A stretch of DNA of 64,000 nt, from positions 31,586 to 95,585 of the forward strand of contig CAZLUP010000003.1 in assembly GCA_964562685.1 (NCBI GenBank), written 5' to 3'. Numbering within the stretch: position 1 is the first letter of the stretch; each line of letters opens with the position of its first letter. The stretch is from an uncultured bacterium. Its GTDB lineage: Bacteria; Cyanobacteriota; Cyanobacteriia; Cyanobacteriales; Xenococcaceae. A program made the translations under genes and the position numbers. Shown one piece after another: positions 10,055-20,338 of the stretch. The notes beneath the pieces were generated by a model that was given only the letters and a program-made list of their open reading frames with translations, was not told the DNA's origin and did no database searches.

Positions 10055-10497
10055 GGTTTTAATTAAGTTTAATTTTTTTAATGGTTTCCTTTGCTTAGTT
10101 TAGAAGAATCGCTTGCTCTTGTTAAAACTAGTCTTCAAAATCTGTAATTTATTTAGTTATTATTTGAATTAACTTTGCTAAAAATTTTAATTTACTAAAA
10201 CTTAAAAATCAGTTAAAGATACCGTCTATCTGGTAGACATTAAGCAAAACACGTGTTAAAAATAATCCCAGTTCAACTGATGAAATATTTAAATTGAAGT
10301 CAATAAAATCTTTAATAATTGAGGCAAGCTTGAACCAGAAAAAATTATCGATCTCAATCAAGAAACTCTAAGCGAAGAGTCACGTCAAGTAATGCGAAAG
10401 AAGCTTGTTCAACCTCAAAGAGTAAATACTATACATCTAGTTTTTACAATTATTGATCTCTATTTACTGAGGAAAGAACCGAAAAAATTTGGAATAA

Positions 10498-11235
10498 TTG
10501 AAACTGTTTGAGAAAAATTTTTTGAACAACAAATGGAGGGACAACAACACCGTGAATTTTGCTGAACTTATTGCCAAAGGTGGGGTAACAATCTGGCCAC
10601 TATTATTTCTTTCAATTCTTTCTGTAGGAACGATTTTAGAACGAATCTGGTTTTGGTCAAGAGTTTTGATTCAAGAAAAATTAATTATTAATCGCGTCAT
10701 GGAAGCGGCTACCCTTAACTGGCGTTTAGTTGAGAAAATTGCTCGTGAATACAAAAATCATCCTCTAGCAAATTTTATTTATTCTCCTCTACAATTGATT
10801 AATCCCGAACCAGAAGTCTTTCACTTAGCTTTGGAAGCTGCTGCTGATGATGAGTTGGCTCATATGCGTAAGGGAGAAAAAGTTTTAGAAGCGGTGATTG
10901 CTCTTTCGCCTCTGTTGGGATTATTTGGTACGGTTTGGGGTTTGATTCAAGCTCTTGGTTCGATTAAACTGAGCGATCTAGGTACTGCTTCTACTTCTGG
11001 CGTTACTTTGGGAATAAGTGAGGCGTTAATCTCTACCGCGGTAGGTTTGTTAGTTGCCATTATTAGTCTGGCTTTTTATCGTCTGTTTCAAGCTTTTTGG
11101 GCAAATCAAGTCAGAATTTTTCGTAAAATTGGCAGTCAACTAGAATTAATTTATCGGCAGAAATGGTTGGAAGCAGAAACTGAAGGATTACCAATGGATT
11201 TTCACCTAGAAGCTGATTCTAGTTTGGAACGATAA
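10498..11235 (+). CDS. exbB: MotA/TolQ/ExbB proton-channel family protein
   Basis: Three TM segments and a conserved C-terminal channel region ([15 protein letters not shown]...[13 protein letters not shown]). The likely true start is the GTG at 10552, preceded by GGAGGG. Confidence 0.8.
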   Translation: MKLFEKNFLNNKWRDNNTVNFAELIAKGGVTIWPLLFLSILSVGTILERIWFWSRVLIQEKLIINRVMEAATLNWRLVEKIAREYKNHPLANFIYSPLQLINPEPEVFHLALEAAADDELAHMRKGEKVLEAVIALSPLLGLFGTVWGLIQALGSIKLSDLGTASTSGVTLGISEALISTAVGLLVAIISLAFYRLFQAFWANQVRIFRKIGSQLELIYRQKWLEAETEGLPMDFHLEADSSLER

Positions 11236-11258
11236 GATTTAAATTGATTTAAACAATT

Positions 11259-11855
11259 ATGACTGCAAAAAAAACTAATACGCGCCATCAGTATCCTACT
11301 CATCTTCCTATGCGTCGAATGCGACTCTGGCAAGATGAATCAGTTCACCAAGAAACCAGAATTGAGATTCTTCCCCTGATTGATGTTATTTTTTGTATTT
11401 TGACGTTTTTTATTTTGGGAGCAGTCGGTTTATCTCGTCAGCAGGCAATTAATCTCGATTTACCTAGTGCTAAAACAGGTAAACCCCAAATGCGAGATAT
11501 GTTAGTCGTGAGTTTAGATGATTTGGGTCAAATTTATGTGGAAGAGCAAATCGTAACCAAAACTCAGCTATCTCAGTCGATTAAAAACTATCATCAATCT
11601 AATCCTGAAGGCTTAATGGTACTTCATGCTGCTAAAAACGCTACTTATCGTGAAGTTGTAGAAGTATTAGATGTGTTAAGAGAGGTAGGAGGCGATCGCG
11701 TGGCTTTAGCTACTCTTCCTGGAGATTCTCAAGCAACAGAAGAATCTCCTAACTTTGATACTAACCCAAATCCTTATTTACCAGGTCTGCCAGGTTTACC
11801 AAGTAACTATAATCCTTATTCTATTCCCAATCCTCCTAGTCCACCGAGTAATTAA
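11259..11855 (+). CDS. exbD: ExbD/TolR biopolymer transport protein with Pro-rich tail
   Basis: N-terminal TM segment ILPLIDVIFCILTFFIL followed by a periplasmic ExbD-type domain. Lies immediately downstream of exbB. Confidence 0.75.
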   Translation: MTAKKTNTRHQYPTHLPMRRMRLWQDESVHQETRIEILPLIDVIFCILTFFILGAVGLSRQQAINLDLPSAKTGKPQMRDMLVVSLDDLGQIYVEEQIVTKTQLSQSIKNYHQSNPEGLMVLHAAKNATYREVVEVLDVLREVGGDRVALATLPGDSQATEESPNFDTNPNPYLPGLPGLPSNYNPYSIPNPPSPPSN

Positions 11856-11977
11856 TTTTGGGACGGATCAACCAGGGCAATTAATTTGATTAACAGTTAA
11901 TTTATTGAAATAGGAAGATGAGAAGATTGTCAAGATAAATTTAAAATATTGCCATTCCATCATCTTGACTAGAAATA

Positions 11978-12658
11978 ATGTCTGACATTCAAACTTTAAT
12001 TAGCCAAGTTCAACAAGAAGCTCAACAAGAAGAATTTCCTCTTGATATTCCAGTTTATCAATCTGCTCATTTAGAACCTACCCATCCTGTACTTTATGCA
12101 GGTAATTTACAAAGTCCTTTATGTTTTTTTGGACGCGATCTCGGTAGAGATGAAGTTCATGCCCGTCAACCTCTTATTGGTGCAGCAGGAAAACTAGTCA
12201 GACAAGGTTTCTATCAAGCAATTCATCAGCAGTCAGCCACCTCAGATCGAGAGTTACAAACGGTTTGCGATCGCATTTTACTAACCAATACTGTTCCCTA
12301 TAAACCGCCTGAAAATAAAGCCTATTCAACTAAAGTTAAAGAAAGATTTCGTCCTTTTATTGAACGTCTGTTAGTGATTCATTGGCAAGGACATCAAATT
12401 ATCACCCTTGGGACAGAGGCTTTTAAATGGTTTGCTCCCTACGGTGAGAAAGGGGAAGTTAATAATTTTTTTCTTGATAAAGAACGGCGTTATGTAACTA
12501 AATTAGCTGTTAATTTGAGAGCAACGGATGAATTGGGCATGGAATATCAAAAAACTATTTATTTACTTCCTTTACCCCATCCTTCTCCTTTAAATAAAAC
12601 CTATTACGCTAAGTTTCCGCAGATGCTTCAGCAGAGGCTGACTCAAATTGATTTTTAA
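11978..12658 (+). CDS. uracil-DNA glycosylase superfamily protein
   Basis: GRDLGRDE...PLIGAAGKL motif-A-like region and C-terminal HPSPLN motif B. Confidence 0.65.
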   Translation: MSDIQTLISQVQQEAQQEEFPLDIPVYQSAHLEPTHPVLYAGNLQSPLCFFGRDLGRDEVHARQPLIGAAGKLVRQGFYQAIHQQSATSDRELQTVCDRILLTNTVPYKPPENKAYSTKVKERFRPFIERLLVIHWQGHQIITLGTEAFKWFAPYGEKGEVNNFFLDKERRYVTKLAVNLRATDELGMEYQKTIYLLPLPHPSPLNKTYYAKFPQMLQQRLTQIDF

Positions 12659-12830
12659 ATTAAACATTCTGATTATGTGAGCAAATATCAATATTAATTA
12701 ATTCTGATGATTAAATATTGAATTTTGTTGTTAAAATCAACCAAATAAAAGCTGGATATGTTAACCAGAAAAATCTAAAATTTTTGTTAAAATTGATACA
12801 AAAGAGGACCTTCAGAGAGGGAATGAAATT

Positions 12831-13526
12831 ATGACCAATAACAAAATAGTAGTAGCACCATCGATTTTATCGGCTGATTTTAGTCGTTTAGGAGAAGAGA
12901 TTACTAAAGTAGACGAAGCTGGTGCTGATTGGATTCACGTTGATGTTATGGATGGTAGATTTGTTCCTAACATTACCATTGGTCCTCTGATTGTTGATGC
13001 CATTCGCCCCTACACTAAAAAACCTCTCGATGTTCACTTAATGATTGTTGAACCAGAAAAGTACGTTGAAGATTTTGCTAAAGCTGGGGCTGATCTTATT
13101 TCTGTTCACGCAGAACATAATGCTTCTCCTCATTTACACCGTACTTTGTGTCAAATTCGTGAATTAGGTAAACAAGCGGGAGTAGTACTCAATCCCTCTA
13201 CACCTTTAGAATTAATTGAATATGTTCTTCCCGTCTGCGATCTAGTTTTGATCATGAGCGTTAACCCTGGTTTTGGTGGTCAAAGTTTCATCCCTGAAGT
13301 AGTTCCCAAAATCAGCAAATTGCGTCAAATGTGTGACGAAAAAAGTTTAAATCCTTGGATTGAAGTAGATGGTGGACTCAAACCTAATAATACTTGGCAA
13401 GTATTAGAAGCTGGTGCTAATGCGATCGTAGCAGGTTCGGCAGTATTTAAAGCTCCCAGTTATGCTGAAGCAATTGAAGGTATTCGCAACAGTAAGCGTC
13501 CTGAACCAGAATTAGCTACTGTATAA
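12831..13526 (+). CDS. rpe: ribulose-phosphate 3-epimerase
   Basis: Motifs [21 protein letters not shown] and VNPGFGGQ. Confidence 0.95.
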   Translation: MTNNKIVVAPSILSADFSRLGEEITKVDEAGADWIHVDVMDGRFVPNITIGPLIVDAIRPYTKKPLDVHLMIVEPEKYVEDFAKAGADLISVHAEHNASPHLHRTLCQIRELGKQAGVVLNPSTPLELIEYVLPVCDLVLIMSVNPGFGGQSFIPEVVPKISKLRQMCDEKSLNPWIEVDGGLKPNNTWQVLEAGANAIVAGSAVFKAPSYAEAIEGIRNSKRPEPELATV

Positions 13527-13544
13527 CCAATATTTTAAGCTGGA

Positions 13545-14143
13545 AATAAAATTACAGAAAAAACGGGATGTTTGAAAGCCAACTGGCTTTAGCCGTTGGA
13601 TGAAAAACGACTCGGCAACGGGGCGTTGACATGGGCTTGAAGTAAATTCAAGCCACAGCCCCTCCTTAAAAGAGCCTACTAAAGATACAATTTCGATACC
13701 AAATCTTCATAAAATAAAGATGGAGATTGTCGTATACTTTTTCTTGAGTAGTCCAGTCCAAGTCAGTGATTGACTTAGCCGACAATTAAACTAAAGGCAT
13801 AAAGCGAGACTGGTAATAGTGGCGCGAAAAACCACTCTAAAAACGTATGGACTCTAGCCGAGTACCGAAAACCAGTAAAATACAATTTCTTGTAAACAAC
13901 TACTGTAAGGCGGGGCGCGCCTAAACAGAATAATCAACGCTTGGGGAGAGACGACCACTGGGGACATAATGCTAATTTCTGGGTACTTGCACCGTTAGGT
14001 AGGGGTAGTTGGGATTAGGGTGAGGGATACGCCTCCTTTATGTTTTTAAGTCTTGCTCGATGAACCAAGAATCCCACGAATTCTATTCGTGTGGAGCGTC
14101 AAAATAAGATAAGACCGTAGTCTCGTTAGACTTCGGTTTTTTT
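13545..14143 (+). ncRNA. candidate large structured non-coding RNA (class unknown)
   Basis: No ORF of 60 aa or more on either strand. Visibly more G+C than the other spacers. Contains multiple hairpins (e.g. 13620-13662 GGGGC..GGCTTGAA gtaaa TTCAAGCC..GCCCC) and ends in a terminator hairpin plus T7. Confidence 0.3.
14114..14143 (+). terminator. rho-independent terminator
   Basis: ACCGTAGTCT (14114-14123) pairs with AGACTTCGGT (14128-14137). The stem is 10 bp with 1 mismatch and a 4-nt loop, followed by a run of 7 T. Confidence 0.6.
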
Positions 14144-14174
14144 CTATTAATGTTTAGTATCGTTCAATTTCTTT

Positions 14175-14525
14175 ATGTCTTCTAAACGTAAATCTACTAG
14201 CAAAGATGCTACGGTATATCGTGAGTTTGGTAATGAAACTAATAGTGATGCCCTTGAGCGAGGTGTCCCCAATTTGCCTCCTCAACAACAAAATATCAGA
14301 ATTCAAGTAACCAGAGCAGGAAAAAAAGGTAAAACTTTTAGTGTAATCTCTGGTTTTCAACACAATCAAGAGTCTTTAGCTCAATTACTCAAAAAATTAA
14401 AAACTCAATGTGGTACTGGCGGAACAATCAAAGATAATACCGTTGAAATTCAAGGCGACCACAAACAAAAGCTATTAGAGATTCTTAGTCAGTTGGGATA
14501 CAAAGCTAAAATTAGTGGTGGTTAA
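14175..14525 (+). CDS. SUI1/YciH-family translation initiation factor
   Basis: 116 aa. RIQVTRAGKKGKTFSVISGF and LKTQCGTGGT are typical of SUI1. Confidence 0.85.
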   Translation: MSSKRKSTSKDATVYREFGNETNSDALERGVPNLPPQQQNIRIQVTRAGKKGKTFSVISGFQHNQESLAQLLKKLKTQCGTGGTIKDNTVEIQGDHKQKLLEILSQLGYKAKISGG

Positions 14526-14626
14526 AGATAACAGTGGTAATTTTCTGGGGGAGAAGCAATATTTTGATTTTTGTTAATTGTTAATAGTTGGTCATTCCGC
14601 GCGCCTTCGGCAGGGTTGATTGTTTG

Positions 14627-14657
14627 TCCGCAGATAAACACTGATAAACGCTGATAG
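14627..14657. repeat. short dispersed repeat (GTCCGCAGATAAACACTGATAAACGCTGAT), partner at 54501-54530 in inverted orientation
   Basis: 27 of 30 nt are identical to the reverse complement of 54501-54530. Confidence 0.7.
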
Positions 14658-14803
14658 AGTTATAATTTTTTCCCTAGCTTTTACCCAGATAAACTTTGTT
14701 CTGAGAGCAGCGAAGGAACAGATAATTGATAGATTTTAGGTTAATTGTGACTTGAAATGTATTGGAAGGGTCTAAGAATTACTATAAACTTTTCTAATTA
14801 AAA

Positions 14804-15583
14804 TTAACTCGAAGCACTGGTGTAAAAACGCAAAGCAAATTGCCAGAACAAGATCGAAATTATTAATAAAATAATGGCAAGAATACCAGCACCAAAAAAC
14901 CAAGTCAACTCACTACGACCAAGCATAGCTTCAGCAGGAACAGTAGTTAAAAATGCCACAGGTACAATGAAGGTAAAAAATAAACGATAAATAGCAGGAT
15001 AAGCAACCATCGGATATCTTCCAGCTTCTAATAAACCTCTTAAAACTTCGGTTACATTATAAATTTTGACAAACCAAATACTGGTTGCTCCTAAAATAAA
15101 CCAAAGACTATATAAAATAATTACGCCAAAAAAAACTGGAATCGAACTAATCAAATAATCTTGCCAATTTAAGTTTAGTTGTATTCCTGCATAAATAATT
15201 AAAATAATTCCAAACAATAAATCTGGAAATCCCCAAGGAGAAACCATTCTAGTCGATAACCAAAATTGACTACTAATTGGTTTAAGTAACACAAAATCTA
15301 ATGTACCCTGTTCAATTTGTTCGACAATGCGATTAAGATTGGGAACTAAAAAAGTATTAGAAAACCCTTGTAATAAAGTAAACAACCCTAAAACAATCAG
15401 TGCTTCTTGCCAACTCCAACCTTGAAAGGTATAGCCAGTCCGATAAAATAAAAATAATCCAAAAATACTACCTACCAAATTAGCAATACTAGTAAAAGTA
15501 GCGATCGCAAAATTAAGCCGATATTCTAATTCTGTGGCAATTGAGGTAGTCCAAAACAACCATAAAACTCGCCAATATCTCAT
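14804..15583 (-). CDS. ABC-2 family transporter permease
   Basis: 259 aa, about 6 TM segments. The N-terminal WRVLWLFW...ELEYRLNF pattern is recalled from ABC-2 (COG3694-type) permeases. Confidence 0.55.
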   Translation of the reverse strand: MRYWRVLWLFWTTSIATELEYRLNFAIATFTSIANLVGSIFGLFLFYRTGYTFQGWSWQEALIVLGLFTLLQGFSNTFLVPNLNRIVEQIEQGTLDFVLLKPISSQFWLSTRMVSPWGFPDLLFGIILIIYAGIQLNLNWQDYLISSIPVFFGVIILYSLWFILGATSIWFVKIYNVTEVLRGLLEAGRYPMVAYPAIYRLFFTFIVPVAFLTTVPAEAMLGRSELTWFFGAGILAIILLIISILFWQFALRFYTSASS

Positions 15584-15593
15584 AAAACAACTT

Positions 15594-16463
15594 TTATCCC
15601 TTCACTGCACCAGCCGTCAAACCTTGAACAATGCGACGTTGGAAAAATAAAACCAGCAAAACTAAAGGCAGTGTACCTAATACTGTAGCAGACGCGATCG
15701 GTCCGTAGGGAATATCAAATAAAGTTGTTCCTCCCAATTGTGCTGTCGCTACTGGAATTGTTTTCATCGTTTCTTGAGTAATAAAAGTCAATGCAAAAAT
15801 ATATTCATTCCAGGCAAATATAAACGTTAATATTCCTGTGGTAACCAAAGCAGGAATAGTCATTGGTAAGACAATGTTGAACAACATGGGAATAGTTTTA
15901 TAACCATCAATTTTGGCTGCATCTTCTAAATCTTTAGGTAATTGCTTAAAAAAGCTACGCATAACCAAAATAGTCAAGGGTAAGTTAATGGCTGTATAAG
16001 GAATAATTAAAGCTAAATAATTATTTCCTAAACCAATTGCTTTTACTATTTCTAATAATCCTAAAAATAGCAGGACGTAGGGAAATAAAGTAACAATTAA
16101 AATACCTGCTAAAATAACTTGTTCTCCTGGAAGTTTTAATCTAGCTAAAGCATAAGCAGCAGGAGAACCTAAGATTAGGCATAAAACTGTAGAAACAATT
16201 GAAACTAAAGCACTATTCAGAATATAGAGTAAAAAAGGACGACGATTAAATAATTCTAGATAATGAGTTAAAGTAATTCTTCTAGGCAAGTAAATATTAG
16301 GAATTGCGGAGATATCTTGATTGAATTTCAAAGAAGTCAATACTTGCCAAACAATTGGGGCAAGAAAAAAAACAATTACCCAAATAACGCTCAAGACTAA
16401 AATAAATCTGCCTAAATTAAAAGTAGTATTTTTATTTTCAGATTTTACACTTTTCATTGCCAA
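15594..16463 (-). CDS. carbohydrate ABC transporter permease (MalG-like)
   Basis: EAA loop EDAAKIDGYKTIPMLFNIVLP and 6 TM segments. Confidence 0.85.
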   Translation of the reverse strand: MAMKSVKSENKNTTFNLGRFILVLSVIWVIVFFLAPIVWQVLTSLKFNQDISAIPNIYLPRRITLTHYLELFNRRPFLLYILNSALVSIVSTVLCLILGSPAAYALARLKLPGEQVILAGILIVTLFPYVLLFLGLLEIVKAIGLGNNYLALIIPYTAINLPLTILVMRSFFKQLPKDLEDAAKIDGYKTIPMLFNIVLPMTIPALVTTGILTFIFAWNEYIFALTFITQETMKTIPVATAQLGGTTLFDIPYGPIASATVLGTLPLVLLVLFFQRRIVQGLTAGAVKG

Positions 16464-16539
16464 ATTTAAATTAATTAAAAATTGTTTTTCAACTTATATT
16501 TCTCAAGACAACATCTCGATTAATAAATTTTGAAACCCA

Positions 16540-17457
16540 TTAAATAGTTCTTAATTTACGTAAAAAATAACTAGTAGCTATCACAACCAAAACTAACAAC
16601 AAAAAAGTTACCACAACTAAAGCTGCTCCATAGCCAAAGTCAAGATAACGCATTACCATTGAATAAATATAGATAGAAACTGTTTCTGTTGCTCCTGCTG
16701 GACCACCACCAGTCATAACTTGAACTAAGTCAAAAATACCAAAAGCTTGAGCAAATCTAAACAGTAAAGCAATCAAAATTTGAGGCAGCAATAAAGGCAA
16801 AGTAATTTGATAAAAACTCTGCCAGTAATTAGCACCATCCATAGCATGAGCTTCGTATAAATCCTGAGAAATTGATTGTAATCCCGCCAGCAAAATAATA
16901 CTAATAAAAGGTGTTGTTTTCCAAACATCAGCAATGATTAAAGCTACCATCGCTAAACTTGGTTCTCCTAACCAATTAATGCCTGTATCAATCAATCCTA
17001 ATCGTTGCAAAATATCATTAACAACACCAAATTGATCGTTAAAAATCCATGCCCAAGCTAGTCCCATAACTGCGGTGGGTAATGCCCAAGGAATAATGGC
17101 AATAGTTCTGACAATACCTCTACCTCGAAAAGATTGATTCAGAACCAAAGCAATAGCTAGACCTAACAATAATTCTAAAAATACACTGACAACTGTAAAC
17201 AGCGTGGTATTACCCATCGTTTGCCAAAATCTTCCATCTCCAAGCATTCTTTGGTAATTACCAATGCCTGAAAAAACTGGATTTAATTGTGTACCAAGAT
17301 TTTCGGTAAAAAAACTTAACCAAAGAGCTCTTCCTATTGGGTAAATGAATACCAATAATAAAATTAATAAAGCTGGTATTAATAACAACCATCCTGTGAG
17401 TTTTTCTTGGGAATTAATAGACATAGTGATATTTTTTTTATTAAGCAATTTTAACAA
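16540..17457 (-). CDS. carbohydrate ABC transporter permease (MalF-like)
   Basis: EAA loop YEAHAMDGANYWQSFYQITLPLL and 6 TM segments. Confidence 0.85.
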   Translation of the reverse strand: MLKLLNKKNITMSINSQEKLTGWLLLIPALLILLLVFIYPIGRALWLSFFTENLGTQLNPVFSGIGNYQRMLGDGRFWQTMGNTTLFTVVSVFLELLLGLAIALVLNQSFRGRGIVRTIAIIPWALPTAVMGLAWAWIFNDQFGVVNDILQRLGLIDTGINWLGEPSLAMVALIIADVWKTTPFISIILLAGLQSISQDLYEAHAMDGANYWQSFYQITLPLLLPQILIALLFRFAQAFGIFDLVQVMTGGGPAGATETVSIYIYSMVMRYLDFGYGAALVVVTFLLLVLVVIATSYFLRKLRTI

Positions 17458-17885
17458 TTTGTATTTTTAGTAATAATCAAAAAAATCAGTATATTTAACA
17501 GCATTAATCAGTAAATTCTAGGACTTAGCTATTTAAACTCAAAAATAAACTTTAAAAATAAAAACCTTTTAAAAAATAGAAAAAAAGTAGTTTTAATCCA
17601 GAAAAATAGTTTAGCGATCGCTTTTTTTAGTAGTTAATTGATACAACTATTATGATTAGCTCAAAAAGCTTTTAAGTTTTTTAATGTTTTTTGAAAACAA
17701 AATGAAGAATTATTATTCTTGCCTCCGTAAAAATAACTAACTCAATAGGATTCAGTAACAAAAATCAGTGTTTATACGAATGTACTCGTTAGTGATGAAT
17801 AGTAACATTCAATATTAAGAAAAGCCAAATATAGTTTTGACTATTCTTTAATTTCTATTTTATTTAATTCCTCTTGCTCCACATA

Positions 17886-17920
17886 CCCCGCTCTTGGCAA
17901 AATACTGAGTGGGGTTTTTT
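17886..17920 (+). terminator. orphan rho-independent terminator-like hairpin
   Basis: CCCCGCTC (17886-17893) pairs with GAGTGGGG (17907-17914, one G-U pair), followed by T6. There is no plus-strand CDS upstream. Confidence 0.4.
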
Positions 17921-18094
17921 ATAGACTTTGCTCAAAATCTTCCTTGAAACCAAAGCTTTTTGACGAAGGCGAAGCTTGCTTTGACTTGATTTATCAGAAA
18001 TTTTTAAGTCTCCCCAGAAAAGATAAACATTACTACTAAGAAATGGGCTATACTGTACCATTGACCAGATTAAGCTAGAGTTGAGGAGGAAACT

Positions 18095-18460
18095 ATTCCT
18101 GAGCAACTAAACCTGACAGTTAGCTTAAGAGGCACTCGCGAAGTCAGGAAAAACTATCAAATATTTCGTCTGGCTGGATTACTTGATGCCTTTTCTGAGC
18201 CTACTTTCCGTAAGGTAATCGGTAATTATATTGACGAAGGACCTTATCATGTAATTCTCGTTCTCTCTCAAATTGATTTTATTGATAGTTCGGGATTAGG
18301 TGCTTTAGTACAGCTAGTCAAGAAGGCACAAACTGCGGGCGGAAGTTTACAAATAGTTACCAACGCGAGGGTAACTCAAACAGTTAAACTAGTTCGCCTA
18401 GAGAAATTTCTTTCTCTTCAGCCTTCAGTTGAAGCTGCTATCGAAAATATAGAAAAATAG
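18095..18460 (+). CDS. STAS-domain anti-sigma-factor antagonist (non-canonical start)
   Basis: The open frame 18074-18460 encodes ...[13 protein letters not shown]...[18 protein letters not shown]...[20 protein letters not shown]...[18 protein letters not shown]. It has no in-frame ATG/GTG/TTG and is absent from the ORF track. GAGGAGG at 18083-18089 precedes an ATT at 18095. Confidence 0.65.
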   Translation: MPEQLNLTVSLRGTREVRKNYQIFRLAGLLDAFSEPTFRKVIGNYIDEGPYHVILVLSQIDFIDSSGLGALVQLVKKAQTAGGSLQIVTNARVTQTVKLVRLEKFLSLQPSVEAAIENIEK

Positions 18461-18474
18461 CGTCAGTAATAGAC

Positions 18475-18951
18475 GTGAATTTACCAGAACGAGATCGAGA
18501 TCAATCAAAGTTAACAACTTCGGCTTCTGCTTGGACAGAAGCTAGTTTATTTTCTAATCAAATGGCAACTTCTCTTGTTTCCCAAGTAGAAAGTTTGTCA
18601 CCTAGTGCTTTGGCGTATATTGGGGATGCAGTCTATGAACTATATGTTCGTACTTGCTACCTCATCCCGCCGAAACGACTTGCAGACTATCATAATCAAG
18701 TTGTTGCTCAAGTAAGAGCCGAAAGTCAGGCGGATTATCTCCAATTGCTTCAACCTTATCTGACTTCCTCAGAACAAGAAATTGTACGTCGTGGACGGAA
18801 TGCAGTTGACAAGAAACCACGACGTATATCTGCCCATATTTATCAACAAGCTACCAGTTTTGAAACTTTGCTGGGCTATCTTTATCTAACCAATCCTCAA
18901 CGTTTAGATGAATTATTAGCCAAATTAGAAATTAATCCTGCAAAATCTTGA
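18475..18951 (+). CDS. mrnC: Mini-ribonuclease 3
   Basis: [15 protein letters not shown] catalytic signature. The ATG at 18562 (MATSLV) is a likelier start than the GTG at 18475. Confidence 0.8.
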   Translation: MNLPERDRDQSKLTTSASAWTEASLFSNQMATSLVSQVESLSPSALAYIGDAVYELYVRTCYLIPPKRLADYHNQVVAQVRAESQADYLQLLQPYLTSSEQEIVRRGRNAVDKKPRRISAHIYQQATSFETLLGYLYLTNPQRLDELLAKLEINPAKS

Positions 18952-19000
18952 AGTTAATTGCAATTTTAAATAAAACTAATTCCTTTTAAATCTATTCTTT

Positions 19001-19885
19001 ATGAGCGAGCAACCTTTGACTAAACGGAATAGGGTTCCCAAGCATTTTAACCAAACTAAACCTCAACCTAAAGAGCATAAATCTAAGATTCAACTATCTC
19101 GTAAAAGTGACCAAATCGAATTTAACCCAAAACCAGAACAAGAAGATTCTGAGTTAGTTTATGGTCGTCATTCAGTTTTAGCAATCTTGAAAAGTGAGCG
19201 TGATATTGCTCGGATTTGGGTTACTGCTAAGCTACGACAAATTCCTCAATTTTATTCTCTTCTTCAAGAAGCTAAAGCTAATGGAGCAGTCATAGACGAA
19301 GTAGAAATGCGTCGTTTAGATTTATTAACTCAAGGAGGCAATCACCAAGGGATAGCAGTTCAAATTGCTCCTTATTCTTATTGGGAGTTAGAAGATTTAC
19401 TTCAACACGCAAAAACTAACACTACAGAACCAGTAATTATTATTGCAGATGGCATAAATGATCCCCATAATTTAGGTGCAATTATTCGTACTGCTGAGGC
19501 AATGGGTGTACAAGGTTTAGTTATACCTCAAAGACGAGCAGTAGGAGTTACCTCTACAGTAATGAAGGTAGCAGCAGGCGCTTTGGCAAATTTTCCTGTT
19601 GCCAGAGTAGTCAATTTAAATCAAGCTTTAGACAAATTAAAAGAAGCGGGGTTTTGGCTTTATGGCACTACCTCTGAAAGTAGTAAACTGTTACACACAA
19701 TTAATTTTCGAGGAGCGATAGGATTAGTAGTAGGTTCAGAAGGGAAAGGATTAAGTCCTTTGATTCAACGTAATTGTGACGAATTGGTAGCTATTCCTTT
19801 ATCAGGAGAAACTCCTAGTCTTAATGCTTCGGTTGCAGCAGCTATTGCTATTTACGAAATTTGTCGTCAGAGATTTTCTAATTAG
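19001..19885 (+). CDS. rlmB: 23S rRNA (guanosine-2'-O)-methyltransferase RlmB (SpoU/TrmH family)
   Basis: SpoU motifs [20 protein letters not shown] and [22 protein letters not shown], with an N-terminal substrate-binding domain. Confidence 0.8.
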   Translation: MSEQPLTKRNRVPKHFNQTKPQPKEHKSKIQLSRKSDQIEFNPKPEQEDSELVYGRHSVLAILKSERDIARIWVTAKLRQIPQFYSLLQEAKANGAVIDEVEMRRLDLLTQGGNHQGIAVQIAPYSYWELEDLLQHAKTNTTEPVIIIADGINDPHNLGAIIRTAEAMGVQGLVIPQRRAVGVTSTVMKVAAGALANFPVARVVNLNQALDKLKEAGFWLYGTTSESSKLLHTINFRGAIGLVVGSEGKGLSPLIQRNCDELVAIPLSGETPSLNASVAAAIAIYEICRQRFSN

Positions 19886-20038
19886 ACTTAATTATTCTTA
19901 CTACCAATCAACAGTGATCAGAGTTACAATCGGGCTGTTATAAATAAACAAAAAATTTTGTAACTTAATATAAAGATTTAAGACACATCTGTAACAATCA
20001 ACCAATTAAATTACGGTAATAAATAGAGAAAATTTAAA

Positions 20039-20323
20039 ATGCTCAAAGAAATTTTAACTAAAGTTCTCGATAGCGTAGGTAAAGCTTATTGGGTTGAAAT
20101 AACTACTGATACTCCTGCTTGCATTTATTATTTTGGTCCTTTTTTGACTGCTAGGGAAGCTCAAATTGCCCAAGGTGGTTATTTAGAAGATTTAAAAGGA
20201 GAAGGCGCACAAGGAATTTCTTTGACTATCAAACGCTGTCAACCAAGTGAATTGACAATTTTTGATGAGTTGGATGAACCCGTCGATTTTAAGGCTGTTC
20301 CTGCTTTCGGTAAGTCTTACTGA
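20039..20323 (+). CDS. DUF1816-type cyanobacterial protein
   Basis: The YWVEITTDTPACIYYFGPFLTAREA pattern is recalled from DUF1816. Confidence 0.55.
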   Translation: MLKEILTKVLDSVGKAYWVEITTDTPACIYYFGPFLTAREAQIAQGGYLEDLKGEGAQGISLTIKRCQPSELTIFDELDEPVDFKAVPAFGKSY

Positions 20324-20338
20324 TATCTTAAATATTAG

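Noticed and set aside
13545-14143. I tested whether the rpe-SUI1 spacer is tmRNA, RNase P RNA, SRP RNA or a group I/II intron.
   Set aside because: On either strand I found no GGGGCUG...UUCGA...CCACCA tRNA-like ends, no alanine-initiated tag reading frame ending in AA, no GAGGAAAGUCC / ACAGAA..GGCUUA P4 strands, no SRP GGAA tetraloop motif, and no GUGYG 5' end or domain V. The class stays unknown, so it is reported only as a candidate ncRNA.
14154-14369. 71-aa minus-strand ORF.
   Set aside because: It is antisense to the clearly recognisable SUI1 gene.
16321-16533. 70-aa plus-strand ORF.
   Set aside because: It is antisense to the 5' end of the MalG-like permease and encodes an AT-driven Lys/Ile/Phe-rich product.
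17864-18106. 80-aa minus-strand ORF.
   Set aside because: It spans a plus-strand terminator hairpin and the SD/start region of the STAS gene. Its composition is low-complexity with no motif. Likely spurious.
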